From positions 1 through 59,558 of the forward strand of contig RPOR01000007.1 of assembly GCA_003820645.1 (NCBI GenBank): a DNA stretch of 59,558 bases, in the 5' to 3' direction. Of this stretch, positions 59,530 through 59,558 are shown piece by piece; positions within the stretch are counted from its first letter, which is position 1; the number at the start of each line of letters is the position of its first letter. Origin of the DNA: Betaproteobacteria bacterium (GTDB lineage Bacteria > Pseudomonadota > Gammaproteobacteria > Burkholderiales > SG8-41). The notes under the pieces were generated by a model. It was not told where the DNA came from. It ran no database searches and worked only from the letters and a program-made list of their open reading frames with translations. The translations under genes and the position numbers were made by a program.

Positions 59530-59558
59530 ATGCATCGATTCATCTGGTGGCTGATCAT
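59530..59558 (+). CDS. 5' end of a CDS running off the window
   Basis: AAGGAGGAG RBS then ATG: MHRFIWWLI... Confidence 0.45.

Overview
About 59.6 kb of a GC-rich betaproteobacterial chromosome (inferred from orphan Bug/TctC paralogues and the gene orders smpB-ratA-rnfH-DUF4124-guaB-guaA and ygfZ-DUF4936-NRDE). It is mostly core genome: yciV-yciO-trpS, rimP-nusA-infB-rbfA-truB-rpsO-pnp, dksA, tRNA-Arg(TCT) and tRNA-His(GTG), smpB, guaBA, rdgC, tadA and GTP-PEPCK. A left-hand block carries transport and sulfur/dioxygenase genes, and a lexA-imuA-imuB-dnaE2 mutagenesis cassette lies between trpS and rimP. The best candidate for an under-described system is a very GC-rich, co-oriented polX(PHP)-archease-rtcB module (52838-56451; polX stop overlaps the archease start) downstream of cbpA-cbpM. 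It has intact catalytic motifs, with no rtcA, rtcR, Ku or LigD in the window, and I infer it may handle 3'-phosphate DNA/RNA ends. Other points of interest: an apparently leaderless lexA whose -10 box lies inside its own SOS box; mtnA paired with an SDR-less RhaD-type aldolase; a palindromic bidirectional -10 element; about 10 IHF-like sites, one inside truB; an unannotated 56-aa Lys-rich ORF; and a frameshifted repeat-membrane-protein pseudogene. I saw no CRISPR array, integrase, transposase, prophage or rRNA. All calls come from motif recognition by eye; no database searches were run.
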